This document shows, in pieces, positions 18,249-28,391 of a stretch of 64,000 bases of DNA. This stretch comes from an uncultured delta proteobacterium. GTDB taxonomy: Bacteria > Desulfobacterota > Syntrophobacteria > BM002. A program made the position numbers and the translations under genes. Location of the stretch: NCBI GenBank assembly GCA_963712115.1, contig CAVQGX010000037.1, forward strand, positions 32,001 through 96,000, in the 5' to 3' direction. The notes beneath the pieces were generated by a model. That model did not search any database. It was not told the DNA's origin and saw only the letters and a list, made by a program, of their open reading frames with translations. How positions within the stretch are numbered: the stretch's first letter is position 1; each line of letters opens with the position of its first letter.

Positions 18249-19486
18249 CAGATCTCCTGCTGGACCAATACCAAGAGATAGTCGGTGAGGACGTGATTAG
18301 CAGCCTGCGCCAGCTGGCCGAGCCTCTCAGAGGTGCAAAGGTAGTGCATGTAAATTCTACCAAGGAGGGTGGTGGCGTAGCCGAGATTCTTCATCGCATG
18401 ATCCCTTTAAAAAAGGAGCTGGGCCTTGAACCCAGCTGGGAAGTTATTGTCGGAGAGGGGGAGTTCTATCAATGCACAAAGTATATGCACAACACTTTGC
18501 AGGGGAACCGGTTCGAAATTCCCCAACCCCTGCTCAGACGGTATGAAGAGACCAATGAGGAGAATGGAGAGAGATTGCGAGGCCAACTGGAGGAGGCTGA
18601 TTTCGTCTTTATCCACGACCCGCAACCTGCACCCCTGTTGAATTTGTGCCCCGGAAGGAGGGGGAAGTGGATCTGGCGCTGCCATATAGATGTGAGCCGT
18701 CCATACCGGCCGGTGTGGAAGTACCTGCGTAATTTTGTTGAACCCTATGATGCCAGCATTTGGTCACTGGCTGAGTTTGCCCAACCCTTGCATCACCCTC
18801 TTTACCTAATCGCCCCAAGCATTGATCCCCTAAGTGACAAAAATCAGGAACTTTCCAAAAAGGAGCTCCAGGAGGTTTTGAAGCGCTCCAAGGTCGACCC
18901 TGACCGGCCAATTGTTGTCCAGGTCTCCCGCTTTGATCGCTTCAAGGATCCCGTAGGAGTGATCCAGGCCTTTCGACTGGCAAAAAATTTTGTTCCACTT
19001 CAGCTTGTCCTCGCAGGCGGCGGGGCCACAGACGATCCCGAGGGGGAGGAGGTTCTCGCCGAGGTTAGGGCAGCGGCAATGGACGAGCCGGACATCCACG
19101 TCATGCTTTTACCTTCTGATGCTCACCGCACCATCAACGGGCTGCAGAGAATCTCGGACATTGTGCTGCAAAAATCCACTAAGGAAGGCTTCGGCCTCAC
19201 AGTTACTGAAGCGATGTGGAAAGGCAAACCGGTTATCGGTGGAGAAGTCGGTGGCATACGACTCCAGGTGCACAACCATCACACTGGTTTTCTGGTCAAT
19301 ACTCCCGAAGGGGCTGCACTGAGAATCAGATATCTCCTAACCCACAGGGATAAGTTGGAGGAAATGGGTCGCAAGGCACGCCAGTTAGTTTTGGAGAACT
19401 TTCTCATCACGCGCCATGTTCGTGAATACCTTACCTTAATGCTGGCGATACTTCGGGGAACCGAAGAAAGGATTGAGCTTGTATGA
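18245..19486 (+). CDS. treT: Trehalose glycosyltransferring synthase (GT4)
   Basis: HVNST..GGGVAEIL, IHDPQP, WRCHID, SRFDRFKDP, EGFGLTVTEAMWK. Confidence 0.9.
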   Translation: MTDLLLDQYQEIVGEDVISSLRQLAEPLRGAKVVHVNSTKEGGGVAEILHRMIPLKKELGLEPSWEVIVGEGEFYQCTKYMHNTLQGNRFEIPQPLLRRYEETNEENGERLRGQLEEADFVFIHDPQPAPLLNLCPGRRGKWIWRCHIDVSRPYRPVWKYLRNFVEPYDASIWSLAEFAQPLHHPLYLIAPSIDPLSDKNQELSKKELQEVLKRSKVDPDRPIVVQVSRFDRFKDPVGVIQAFRLAKNFVPLQLVLAGGGATDDPEGEEVLAEVRAAAMDEPDIHVMLLPSDAHRTINGLQRISDIVLQKSTKEGFGLTVTEAMWKGKPVIGGEVGGIRLQVHNHHTGFLVNTPEGAALRIRYLLTHRDKLEEMGRKARQLVLENFLITRHVREYLTLMLAILRGTEERIELV

Positions 19487-20297
19487 CCCCGCCTCAGCCG
19501 AGGGGCCGGAAGTTGCCAAAGTGCCTGATTTCTGGCGCAGGTTGAGAGTGTCCGAAAGAAGATTCCTCGCTTTGGATTACGACGGCACCCTAGCACCATT
19601 TCACCCAGATCCCATGCAAGCCTTCCCCCTACCCGAAATTCCCGAGTTACTCAAAAAACTGAGCGAAAGAAGTGATACCACTTTGGCGATCATTTCGGGT
19701 CGCCCGCTAAGGGAAATATTAGAGCTTCTGGGAGATTTGGCTGTTGTGGTCGTAGGCAGCCACGGTCGAGAGATGAAGAAGAGAGACGGAAGCCTGACGG
19801 CAATGGAGCCAACAAACAAACAAAGAGAGGGATTAGAAGCTGCCCTCCACCTTGCCGTCCAAGAGGGTTTTGAGGACCATCTGGAAAAGAAAATAGGGAG
19901 CATTGCCCTCCACACCCGCCCTTTGTCGCCTCATAGGGCGGGGGAAATCGAAAACATTGCCTTTGCAAAGTGGTCAGTCCTAGCCCAGCAGTACGACCTC
20001 GAGTGTATGGGCTTCAACGGAGGAGTTGAGGTCCGGTGCACCGGGCGAAACAAAGGGGATGTGCTGGCAGAGCTTCTGGACCTTCAGCCCTCGGGGACTT
20101 TCTCGGTCTACATCGGAGACGATTTAACAGACGAAGACGGTTTTCGAGAGATTAAAGGTCGGGGCATCGGCATAAAAGTGGGTGAATCCGCCACACCCAC
20201 TGCCGCCACCGGCTTCCTGGCCAGTTGCGAAGAGGTGAGAGACTTTCTTCGAGCCTGGTCCCTTTCCAACCCTTCCCCTGTTCCACATCTCCCTTGA
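19473..20297 (+). CDS. otsB: Trehalose-6-phosphate phosphatase (HAD)
   Basis: LDYDGTL, ISGR, GSHG, NKG, YIGDDLTDEDGF. Confidence 0.9.
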   Translation: MSLYDPASAEGPEVAKVPDFWRRLRVSERRFLALDYDGTLAPFHPDPMQAFPLPEIPELLKKLSERSDTTLAIISGRPLREILELLGDLAVVVVGSHGREMKKRDGSLTAMEPTNKQREGLEAALHLAVQEGFEDHLEKKIGSIALHTRPLSPHRAGEIENIAFAKWSVLAQQYDLECMGFNGGVEVRCTGRNKGDVLAELLDLQPSGTFSVYIGDDLTDEDGFREIKGRGIGIKVGESATPTAATGFLASCEEVRDFLRAWSLSNPSPVPHLP

Positions 20298-20343
20298 GGG
20301 ATAGGTGTTTCCCAACAATCACGATCTATAAAGGAAGGAAACC

Positions 20344-20931
20344 ATGCGGATCCTCATCCCACTGATTATGGTTATCACCCTGCATGGTTCAGATTCATTT
20401 GCCGAACCTTCTCTGAGACCTTGGGCCCATCACAATCAAAAAGATTATGAAGCCGGAGTCACCACAGATGATGCCTTCGCGGGGAAATATTCAGCCTATA
20501 TAAGATCAAAGAGTTCAGAAACAAGTACTACAGGCACCCTCTGGCAAGCTATAAAGCCGCGACCGGACTGGTTTGGGGAAAAGGTCATGATGACTGTCCA
20601 GATGAGAACACTCAAGGTCAAGGAGGCAGCTGGATTATTTATGAGGGTGTCCACCTACAGTGGTTGGATCAACTATGACTATATGTACGACAGGTTGGCC
20701 AAAGGTGACACTGGTTGGCAAAAGCACATGATTGTCTTGGAAGTTCCTAACGACACAAGCTTGATAGATTTTGGCGTCTGGATAATCGGTCCGGGAGAGG
20801 TTCAGGTAGATAACTTCGGGTTCGAGGTAGGCGATCCCAAGGTTCGGGTCACTGGCACTTCTGAAAAAATAGAATTTGGCGAACCCGAAAACCTGGATTT
20901 TGAGCGGTATTCCAAGGGAGAAGGTTTCTAA
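20344..20931 (+). CDS. Exported hypothetical protein, probable beta-sandwich domain
   Basis: Signal peptide; FMRV, D.M.DR, GDTGW, P.NLDFE pattern. Confidence 0.7.
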   Translation: MRILIPLIMVITLHGSDSFAEPSLRPWAHHNQKDYEAGVTTDDAFAGKYSAYIRSKSSETSTTGTLWQAIKPRPDWFGEKVMMTVQMRTLKVKEAAGLFMRVSTYSGWINYDYMYDRLAKGDTGWQKHMIVLEVPNDTSLIDFGVWIIGPGEVQVDNFGFEVGDPKVRVTGTSEKIEFGEPENLDFERYSKGEGF

Positions 20932-20974
20932 GATAAGATGAGTTTTGGTTTTTCAAAAGAAAAGGAGAGTAAAG

Positions 20975-21769
20975 GTGGCGCTAAAGATTTTTCAGGTCGA
21001 TGCTTTTACCGATAAACCATTTACCGGCAACCCGGCTGCAGTCTGCATTCTCCCCGAACCGAGGAATGAGATTTGGATGCAGAAGGTGGCGCGAGAGATG
21101 AACTTGTCCGAAACAGCCTTTCTTTGCCAGCAGGAAGACGGTTTCAATCTCCGTTGGTTTACCCCAAGTGTTGAGGTTGATTTGTGCGGTCATGCCACCC
21201 TGGCAAGCGGTCATATTTTATGGGAGGCGGGCATGTTGACTCGTCAACAGCAGGCAAGGTTTCACACCCGCAGTGGATTATTGACTGCTGAGAGCAAGGG
21301 AGATGAGGTGGAACTCAACTTTCCATCTACTCCTGAAGAGCCCACGACTGCACCCTCGGGACTCAGTGACGCCTTGGGCCTGGAGCCCAAGTACATCGGC
21401 AAGAGCAAGTTTGACTACCTTTTGGAGGTAGAATCAGAAGAGCTGGTTAGAAAATTGACACCCGATTTTTCCTTGCTCAGGAAACTACCAATTCGTGGCA
21501 TCATCGTTACAAGTCCTGCTGATTCTGCTGAGTACGATTTTGTCTCTCGTTTCTTTGCCCCGGCTGTGGGAGTGGATGAAGATCCAGTGACAGGTTCAGC
21601 CCATTGCTGTCTTGGTCCTTTCTGGAGCAAGAAATCCGGTAAAAATGTCTTTGTTGCTTATCAGGCCTCATCCCGCGGTGGTATTGTCCGGGTGAGAGTT
21701 GACGGAGACCGTGTATACCTCGGTGGCAAGGCAGTTACAGTACTTAGGGGAGAACTGATCCATGACTGA
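20975..21769 (+). CDS. PhzF family isomerase
   Basis: QVDAFT, GNPAAV, NLSETAF, EVDLCGHATLA, EDPVTGSAH. Confidence 0.95.
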   Translation: MALKIFQVDAFTDKPFTGNPAAVCILPEPRNEIWMQKVAREMNLSETAFLCQQEDGFNLRWFTPSVEVDLCGHATLASGHILWEAGMLTRQQQARFHTRSGLLTAESKGDEVELNFPSTPEEPTTAPSGLSDALGLEPKYIGKSKFDYLLEVESEELVRKLTPDFSLLRKLPIRGIIVTSPADSAEYDFVSRFFAPAVGVDEDPVTGSAHCCLGPFWSKKSGKNVFVAYQASSRGGIVRVRVDGDRVYLGGKAVTVLRGELIHD

Positions 21770-22066
21770 AGAGACATAGAGCATGGGGAAGTAGGGTCGA
21801 ATTTGGAATTGCGAATTACGAATTTAGGAATTAGAGAATTAGTAAAATCGTTAAAGTCGTTAAAACCGTTGACGTTCATCTGAGCAACCCATTTTTGAAC
21901 CGCAGAATGTCGATACGAAGGCAATTACGAATAAATCGCAAAGCTAATGACCTCATGATCGGCGGTTCAAAATGACTCTGCAGCTCGATCATAGTCAGTA
22001 CTTGTGCCATCTGTACTCTATCGTACCTGCCTCTGAGCCTGTCGAAGGGCCCGCCTCGCCCAGTCA

Positions 22067-22375
22067 CTAATTAGGCCAGCTTGGATACTCGCTGGGGTTG
22101 TTCTGATTGGACTTGAATCTGCTGGACATCAACATAACTAACTTGAGCAACCCACGTAAGCCAAAGAACACAATGGCAAAGGCAAGCAAGGCCGTTGCTG
22201 CACCTGCTAGTTGGCATTGCCAGTCTGGCGGATAAGAGTACAACTCCAAGGACTTGCCATAGACGGCAGTTCGAAACATCTCTTTGTAAACATTCTCTCC
22301 GATTGGGTAGCTGGGAACCATTGCTATTACAGCAGGCACCACAAGTATGCGGTTTATTCTTCTGCTAATGTACAT
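22067..22375 (-). CDS. Hypothetical membrane protein
   Basis: AAGGA RBS; two hydrophobic segments; flanked by repeat DNA. Confidence 0.5.
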   Translation of the reverse strand: MYISRRINRILVVPAVIAMVPSYPIGENVYKEMFRTAVYGKSLELYSYPPDWQCQLAGAATALLAFAIVFFGLRGLLKLVMLMSSRFKSNQNNPSEYPSWPN

Positions 22376-22568
22376 TGCTTAATCCTTCTTTCTCGGTTCC
22401 TGGTGGATCTCCGCACCTCCCGCCTTGCTTCACGCCATGCCCAGTGACAGCGAAGCTTAGTGACCTAATGACGGCGAAGCCAATTGACGGGAAGCGCTAA
22501 CTGCACGCCGCTAACTGAAGATTCCGTCTCGCTCGTCTCGCCCGACCTCCCGTCTCGCCAATGTCGCC

Positions 22569-23321
22569 TCACCAGTCGAGATTCTTGAACTGTCGATAAA
22601 GAAGATAGCCCCCCCAAACCAGGGCTAAAATCATCAGCATCAGCCCGGTGGTGTATGCCAGCTTGGCCAGGAGGTGATCGTGCTTCAACCAACCAAGGGT
22701 TCGGAGGATGTTTTCCCAATCGTGCCCGTCCGTCTCTTTTCCGGTGACGCCTCCCAGCAAAATTAGATTAAGGGCGCGGGCGTCATTGATATAGGGTGCA
22801 ACGTCGAGGAAATTCTGGCCGAACCACCAGAGGCACGCCGCAGCACCGAAGTTCTGCCCATAGCTGAGCAGCAAGGCCACAGTGCAGATAAGAGGTATGA
22901 GCAACTGGCCGAGAGTACCTCCGAGGAACATGATGAACCGTCCAAAGGGGGAGAAAATTATGTGGCCTGCCTCATGGAAAGGAAGATTTATCAGGTGCAT
23001 GAAGGGCATGACACCGTAGGCCATCTCCAGGGAGGTGAAAAGATACTTCAAGAGGTAGAAGAGCAGGAGGACATAGACGCCTATTCTCCCGGCAAAATAA
23101 AAGACGTTGACATCTTCATCGACACGAAAAAGAAGATAAGTCAACGAACTCCAGAGGTCAGCGCTACTCTTCTGCGCTTCTAGACGAACTGAGCCACCTG
23201 CCTGAGCGGTTGCCCCGGCGACAGTTTCCCGTGCGGCGTAGTATTTGGAAAAAATAATGCCACAGCGGTTACATTCGTTGTTGCCATCGGCCTGTTTGAA
23301 GCCGCACTTCGGACAAAGCAT
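22569..23321 (-). CDS. Zn-ribbon plus M50-like membrane protein
   Basis: CPKC...CNRC; PFHEAGH (HExxH); YINDA; HDW; several TM segments. Confidence 0.8.
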   Translation of the reverse strand: MLCPKCGFKQADGNNECNRCGIIFSKYYAARETVAGATAQAGGSVRLEAQKSSADLWSSLTYLLFRVDEDVNVFYFAGRIGVYVLLLFYLLKYLFTSLEMAYGVMPFMHLINLPFHEAGHIIFSPFGRFIMFLGGTLGQLLIPLICTVALLLSYGQNFGAAACLWWFGQNFLDVAPYINDARALNLILLGGVTGKETDGHDWENILRTLGWLKHDHLLAKLAYTTGLMLMILALVWGGYLLYRQFKNLDW

Positions 23322-23350
23322 GGTTGATCCTCCATCTCATGGAGAACTAA

Positions 23351-23366
23351 AGCAATCACCGTGCCA
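23351..23366 (-). promoter_or_regulatory. sigma-54 promoter
   Basis: Minus strand TGGCACG-GTGA-TTGCT, full consensus, 30 bp from the start codon. Confidence 0.8.
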
Positions 23367-23515
23367 CAGGGCCGCAAACGAACCATTAGCCGTGTTGTTG
23401 CCTGGGTTTAATAGATCAGCAGAATTTCGTTGAGTTCTATCCGTCTCGGCATTACAGTAAGGGGCAACAGTTTTGCTAAATGTTTTTAATTTTGACTTTT
23501 GCCGGAGGTTCAGCA

Positions 23516-25984
23516 ATGAACGACTATGAAAAGCTCGGTGCTTTTTATCTCGGCAGGAACTATGATCTTGACCAAGGCAAGCTGCAAGAGAGCTTGGTCC
23601 TTTACGACTCCAAGGACCTCACTACCCATGGGGTCATCATCGGCATGACCGGCAGCGGCAAAACCGGCCTCGGCATCGCCCTTATTGAAGAGGCACTAAT
23701 TGACAGAATTCCTGTTATTGCCGTGGACCCTAAAGGAGACTTGCCCAATCTGCTGTTGAGTTTTCCCCAGCTGCGGGCTGAGGATTTCCGTCCCTGGGTG
23801 GATGAGCAGGATGCCATGCTCCAGGGGGTGACCCCGGATGAGTTTGCGGCTGAGCAAGCTAAAATCTGGCGAAGGGGGCTGGCGGAGTGGGGCCAGGAAC
23901 CTGAACGTATCGCCCGTCTTCGGGCCTCGGCCGATTTTGCCGTCTACACCCCAGGGAGCAATGCTGGTCTGCCGGTGAGCATTCTGCGGACTTTCGCCCC
24001 ACCGCCAGGTGCGATTCTCGAAGATAGCGATCTGTTGAGAGAACGCATTCAGACCACCACTACAGGACTGCTGGCGCTAATCGGCATTGAAGCAGACCCA
24101 CTAACTAGTCCTGAGCACATTCTGATTGCCAACATCCTGGAGTCAACCTGGTCAGAGGGCAGGGGGTTTGACCTGGCCGGGTTGATCCATGCTATTCAGA
24201 CTCCGCCCTTCGAAAGACTGGGGGTCATGGACTTGGACCTCTTCTTTCCTGCCAAAGAGCGATTCACCCTTGCCATGCGCTTGAACAGCCTGCTAGCCGC
24301 ACCAGGTTTTGAAAGCTGGCTTTCCGGCGAGCCTCTGGATATCAATCGCATGCTCTTCACTGACCAGGGCAAACCGAGGCTTTCGATATTTACTATTAAT
24401 CATCTTGCAGATGGTGAGCGGATGTTCTTCCTCTCCATACTGCTCAATGAAATACTGGGATGGATGCGGATGCAGCCCGGCACTTCCAGCCTGCGGGCTA
24501 TCTTGTACATAGATGAGATTTTTGGTTATTTCCCGCCGGTAAAGAATCCACCTTCCAAGGCACCGCTGCTGACCCTGTTGAAACAGGCCCGAGCCTTTGG
24601 ACTGGGGGTGGTGCTCTCCACTCAGAATCCGGTGGATCTTGACTACAAGGGACTGGCCAACACAGGCACCTGGTTCATTGGTCGCCTGCAGACCGATCAG
24701 GATAAAGAACGAGTTCTGGGTGGGCTCGAGGGAGCCTCTGCAGGTAGGGGCTTTAATCGGGGACAGGCTAGTAAGATCCTGGCAAAACTTGGTAAGCGTG
24801 TATTCCTGCTCCATAATGTACATGAAAACGAACCGGCTATCTTTCAGAGTCGCTGGGTGCTTTCTTATTTGCGGGGACCTATGACCCGTGAGCAAATCAA
24901 ACTGCTTGTGGCCGCCCGCAAAGAGAGGGAATCGGCCATTATGCCACCTGTGGTTGCAGGTCAACCCACAGCGGCCGCTGCTGCCTCCCGGGCTAAAGAA
25001 ATAACCGCTCTGTCCCCATTGGCATCACAACCACCGGTGTTGCCTGCTGAGATAGAGGTTTTTTACCTGGCACCATCAGGATCCGGCCATGGTCTCCTCT
25101 ACTATCCCTCGGTGATTGGCCAGGCAGAGGTTCACTACAGCAGTGCCAAATATGAGGTGGATGAAACCAGGACCATGGCCGTTGCTGTCCAGCTCGAAGA
25201 GGGGCCCATAGCCCTCGAATGGGACAATGGAGTAGAATTCGAACTGGAGGACTTGCAAACCGCCCCTGTGGTGGGGGCAGAGTTTGCTGATTTGCCGGCG
25301 GAGGCCAATGAGGTAAAGTCCTACCGCAACTGGAATAGAGATTTCCTCCGATGGGTTCGGGTAAACCGACCGCTCACCCTCTATCGGTCCGAACGGTTTT
25401 CGCAGACAAGTGGGGTGAACGAAACTGAAGGTGAGTTCCGTGCCCGGCTCTCACAGGTGGCCCGTGAAAAGCGGGACCTGGAAATCGAAAAGCTGCGCCG
25501 GAAATACAGTCCAAAGTTCACCAGCTTGAACGATCGACTGAGGAGGGCCGAGCAAGCCATAGCCCGGGAGGAGGAGCAAGCCAAATCCAAGACTTTGGCC
25601 ACGGCCATTTCTTTTGGCACGGCAATTCTGGGTGCCTTCTTGGGGCGCAAAACCGTCAGCGCCACATCAGCCTCGCGCATGGGAACGGCGATGAAGTCGG
25701 CTGGCCGGCTAGGGAAGGAAAAGATGGATGTGGCCCGAGCCCGGGAAACAGCTGAAGCTATAAGGGAACAACTGAACCAACTTGAACTGCAACTTCAGGG
25801 GGATATTCAAAACCTGGAGGGGGCGTACGACCCGGCCTCGGAAGAGCTCAAGGAAATCAAGGTGAATCCCAAGACCACCGATATGAGCCTTAGACTATTC
25901 GGCCTGGGCTGGCTGCCTTACCGCAAAGAGGTGGACGGCGGCTTGGGTCCCGACTACCGCTTGAAATCCACCATACGAATCTGA
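23516..25984 (+). CDS. HerA/DUF87/DUF853-like P-loop ATPase
   Basis: Walker A GMTGSGKT, DPKGD, Walker B YIDE, RAFG, STQNPVDLD; C-terminal coiled coil. Confidence 0.88.
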   Translation: MNDYEKLGAFYLGRNYDLDQGKLQESLVLYDSKDLTTHGVIIGMTGSGKTGLGIALIEEALIDRIPVIAVDPKGDLPNLLLSFPQLRAEDFRPWVDEQDAMLQGVTPDEFAAEQAKIWRRGLAEWGQEPERIARLRASADFAVYTPGSNAGLPVSILRTFAPPPGAILEDSDLLRERIQTTTTGLLALIGIEADPLTSPEHILIANILESTWSEGRGFDLAGLIHAIQTPPFERLGVMDLDLFFPAKERFTLAMRLNSLLAAPGFESWLSGEPLDINRMLFTDQGKPRLSIFTINHLADGERMFFLSILLNEILGWMRMQPGTSSLRAILYIDEIFGYFPPVKNPPSKAPLLTLLKQARAFGLGVVLSTQNPVDLDYKGLANTGTWFIGRLQTDQDKERVLGGLEGASAGRGFNRGQASKILAKLGKRVFLLHNVHENEPAIFQSRWVLSYLRGPMTREQIKLLVAARKERESAIMPPVVAGQPTAAAAASRAKEITALSPLASQPPVLPAEIEVFYLAPSGSGHGLLYYPSVIGQAEVHYSSAKYEVDETRTMAVAVQLEEGPIALEWDNGVEFELEDLQTAPVVGAEFADLPAEANEVKSYRNWNRDFLRWVRVNRPLTLYRSERFSQTSGVNETEGEFRARLSQVAREKRDLEIEKLRRKYSPKFTSLNDRLRRAEQAIAREEEQAKSKTLATAISFGTAILGAFLGRKTVSATSASRMGTAMKSAGRLGKEKMDVARARETAEAIREQLNQLELQLQGDIQNLEGAYDPASEELKEIKVNPKTTDMSLRLFGLGWLPYRKEVDGGLGPDYRLKSTIRI

Positions 25985-26031
25985 TATGTTCCTCTGCGGC
26001 TTGGATCCACTCAGGAGCCAATTTCAAAGGT

Positions 26032-26301
26032 GGTTCATCCGGTATTTGCTTGAATGCGAGGATGTAAGAGGTGGATGAGACAGGGGAAGGTCCTCGACAA
26101 AGGTGCATATTCGCATCTATGGGATTCCCGGCTCTTGGTCCTTTAAAACAGTTATCGCCGACGCAGACGAAGGGCATTCCAGGCTGCCAAAGCAAAACAC
26201 CGGCGGCTCAGATGCACTTTCCCTCGGACCTCCCCCTGTCCCAGTATAGCCACACTATCATTGGCCAAAATATGGTCATCCAAGCAGATCCCGGGTGAAC
26301 C
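26032..26301. repeat. ~270-bp structured element with inverted ends, copy 1
   Basis: GTTCATCCGGTATTTGCTTGAATG / CATCCAAGCAGATCCCGGGTGAAC; core 26079-26240 homologous to 32021-32187. Confidence 0.8.
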
Positions 26302-26338
26302 TCAAGAGCAACCTTTTGGCTAAGAAAGAGATGCTACT

Positions 26339-26968
26339 ATGTTGAGAAGATGGTATCTAGCTGCAGCCATGATCATGCTGGCCAGTCTGATGGTCACTCC
26401 CACGGCATTTACTGAGGAGTCCGCCCGAGAGTTTAGAAAAGAGAACGGGCTCCTGGCCTACACTCCCCCCGCCTGGTTTCTAGAGGGTCACTTCATTGCC
26501 CGGGAAAAGAATCCAGCTTACGTTTTCGGGCGGGTGCAGGATTTCGTTCTGGCTGTGGGCGGCAAAACAACCTGGTTGATCGAGGACGCGGAATTAAAGC
26601 GGGTTGAGCAGGCCTCCGTAGAAGGGGAGAGCCCTGAATATTCCTTGTTTCTGGAGTCTGTTTCACCTGAGCGCACGGAATATTGGGTTTTTGTGGTGCT
26701 GCCTCATGAAAGCGCCCAAGCTTGGTTCGACGCCAGGCGGGCATATCATGGAAGAAAGGCTGAGGATTATTACGGAAAAACCCAAAGTGAGCTCGAGTCC
26801 GCCCTTAGCCAAGGCCTTAAAATTAAAGCTGAGCTTCGCTTTTTCATAGAGAAAGGAGAGATCAGCCTAGAGTGCCCCGAGGACGAGATCATGAAGAGAT
26901 ACAATTTCCAGCCGGTTTTTGACCTCAGCGGTGGTCGCTGGTTGGGTTCGGCTGCCAAGACCAAGTAG
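26339..26968 (+). CDS. Hypothetical exported protein
   Basis: Signal peptide; 209-aa ORF. Confidence 0.75.
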   Translation: MLRRWYLAAAMIMLASLMVTPTAFTEESAREFRKENGLLAYTPPAWFLEGHFIAREKNPAYVFGRVQDFVLAVGGKTTWLIEDAELKRVEQASVEGESPEYSLFLESVSPERTEYWVFVVLPHESAQAWFDARRAYHGRKAEDYYGKTQSELESALSQGLKIKAELRFFIEKGEISLECPEDEIMKRYNFQPVFDLSGGRWLGSAAKTK

Positions 26969-26990
26969 ACGGGTTAAGGAGGTATGAATC

Positions 26991-28223
26991 ATGTCATCCC
27001 AGAGGGATAATAGTGGAAAACCTAATCGCCGCGACTTCTTCAAGCAGGCTGCAGCCATCGGATTGGGGGCCACGGTGGGAGGATCCTCTTTCTTGCGGCC
27101 CCACCAGGCTTCGGCCCAGATCACCATTCCCAAGGAACCCATGCCCCGCAGACCCTTTGGCCGCTCGTCCATAATGGTCTCCACCCTTTCACTGGGCGGG
27201 ATGTTCGACATTCTCAACAACCGGTTGATGCTCGCCAAGGCTCTTGATTGGGGGATCAACTACTGGGACACAGCGGAGGGCTACGGCCGGGGCCGCAGCG
27301 AAGAGGGCATCGGTCGCTGGTTCGCCCGCAATCCCCATACCCGCAAGCAAGTTTTTCTGGTAACCAAACTTTCCACAAGAAGAGGTGGTGAGTTTACCGG
27401 CCGGCTGGAGGAGAGTCTCAAAAGGCTGCACACTGATTACGTGGATCTATTCTTTGTCCATGGAATAAGTGGCATAGGTGAGATGGAATCCAGTCTGGAA
27501 TCCTGGGCACAAGCCATGAAAAAGAGTGGTAAGATAAGGTTGTTCGGCTTCAGCACCCATTCCAACATGGAAGAGTGCCTGGAGGGAGCAGCCAAGCTTC
27601 CATGGATAGACGGCATCATGTTTACTTACAATTATCGCCTGATGCACGAGCCCCGCATGAAAGAGGCTGTTGAGGCCTGTTACCGAGCCGGTATCGGTCT
27701 AACGGCCATGAAGACCCAGGGCGGCGGCCCGGTCAAAAGCGACAGTGAGTCTGAGATTGAAATGGCGGGCCGCTTTATGCAAAAAGGATTTTCAGACAAT
27801 CAGGCAAAGCTCATGGCTGTCTGGCAAGATAAGCGTATCGCCAGCATCTGTTCGCAAATGCCCAATCTCACCATCATGGCCACAAACGCAGCGGCGGCAG
27901 TGGAACAAACCCGCCTGTCAAAGTCAGATCGCCTCTTCCTGGCCAAATACGCCGAGGAAACCTGCGGTGACTATTGCGCCGGATGCGAGCGTCTCTGTTC
28001 AGAAGTGCTTGCCCAAAGGGTGCCAATCAGCGATGTCATGCGCTGCCTTATGTACTTCCATTCCTACCAGGATCTCGGCTTGGCACGTGCCACCTTCCAA
28101 AGTTTGCCGACTCAGACAAAAGAGCTTTTGACCCAGGTGGATTTCAGCAAGGCAGAAAGGTCTTGCCCCCGAAACTTGAAAATCGGAAAACTGATGCGAG
28201 AGGCTGCGACTCTATTTGTCTGA
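26991..28223 (+). CDS. Tat-signal aldo/keto reductase with C-terminal Fe-S motif
   Basis: NRRDFFK; DTAEGY, TK, DLFFVH, GFSTH; CAGC...C...C...CP. Confidence 0.9.
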   Translation: MSSQRDNSGKPNRRDFFKQAAAIGLGATVGGSSFLRPHQASAQITIPKEPMPRRPFGRSSIMVSTLSLGGMFDILNNRLMLAKALDWGINYWDTAEGYGRGRSEEGIGRWFARNPHTRKQVFLVTKLSTRRGGEFTGRLEESLKRLHTDYVDLFFVHGISGIGEMESSLESWAQAMKKSGKIRLFGFSTHSNMEECLEGAAKLPWIDGIMFTYNYRLMHEPRMKEAVEACYRAGIGLTAMKTQGGGPVKSDSESEIEMAGRFMQKGFSDNQAKLMAVWQDKRIASICSQMPNLTIMATNAAAAVEQTRLSKSDRLFLAKYAEETCGDYCAGCERLCSEVLAQRVPISDVMRCLMYFHSYQDLGLARATFQSLPTQTKELLTQVDFSKAERSCPRNLKIGKLMREAATLFV

Positions 28224-28391
28224 CCTAGCCCGGATAGTGAAGAGCAATTCCAAATCACAAAGACTAAGGTTTCAGTGTTCAGGTTTCAGGTTTTACTCTT
28301 GCTTTTTCTTTTTCCTGACACCTGACACCTGAAACCTCAGTACCAAAGGACCAGGTTTTCTCTGATTAAATAGATTAAGCGGGGTGGCTCG

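Noticed and set aside
22060-22085. Possible attC after ORF 22067-22375
   Set aside because: GCCTAAT rather than RYYYAAC, with no matching downstream GTT core
4670-22481. 39-bp repeat at 4670, 14062 and 22443 as a CRISPR repeat
   Set aside because: Copies are kilobases apart, with no spacers or cas genes
26079-26240. Cobalamin riboswitch or hammerhead ribozyme
   Set aside because: No B12-box/GGGAA-GCCACTG pattern; CTGATGA and GAAA cores not found together on one strand
25890-26298. Similar ORFs at 25890-26298 and 31954-32215 as a protein family
   Set aside because: Similarity appears in several frames and on both strands, so it reflects nucleotide-level repeat conservation
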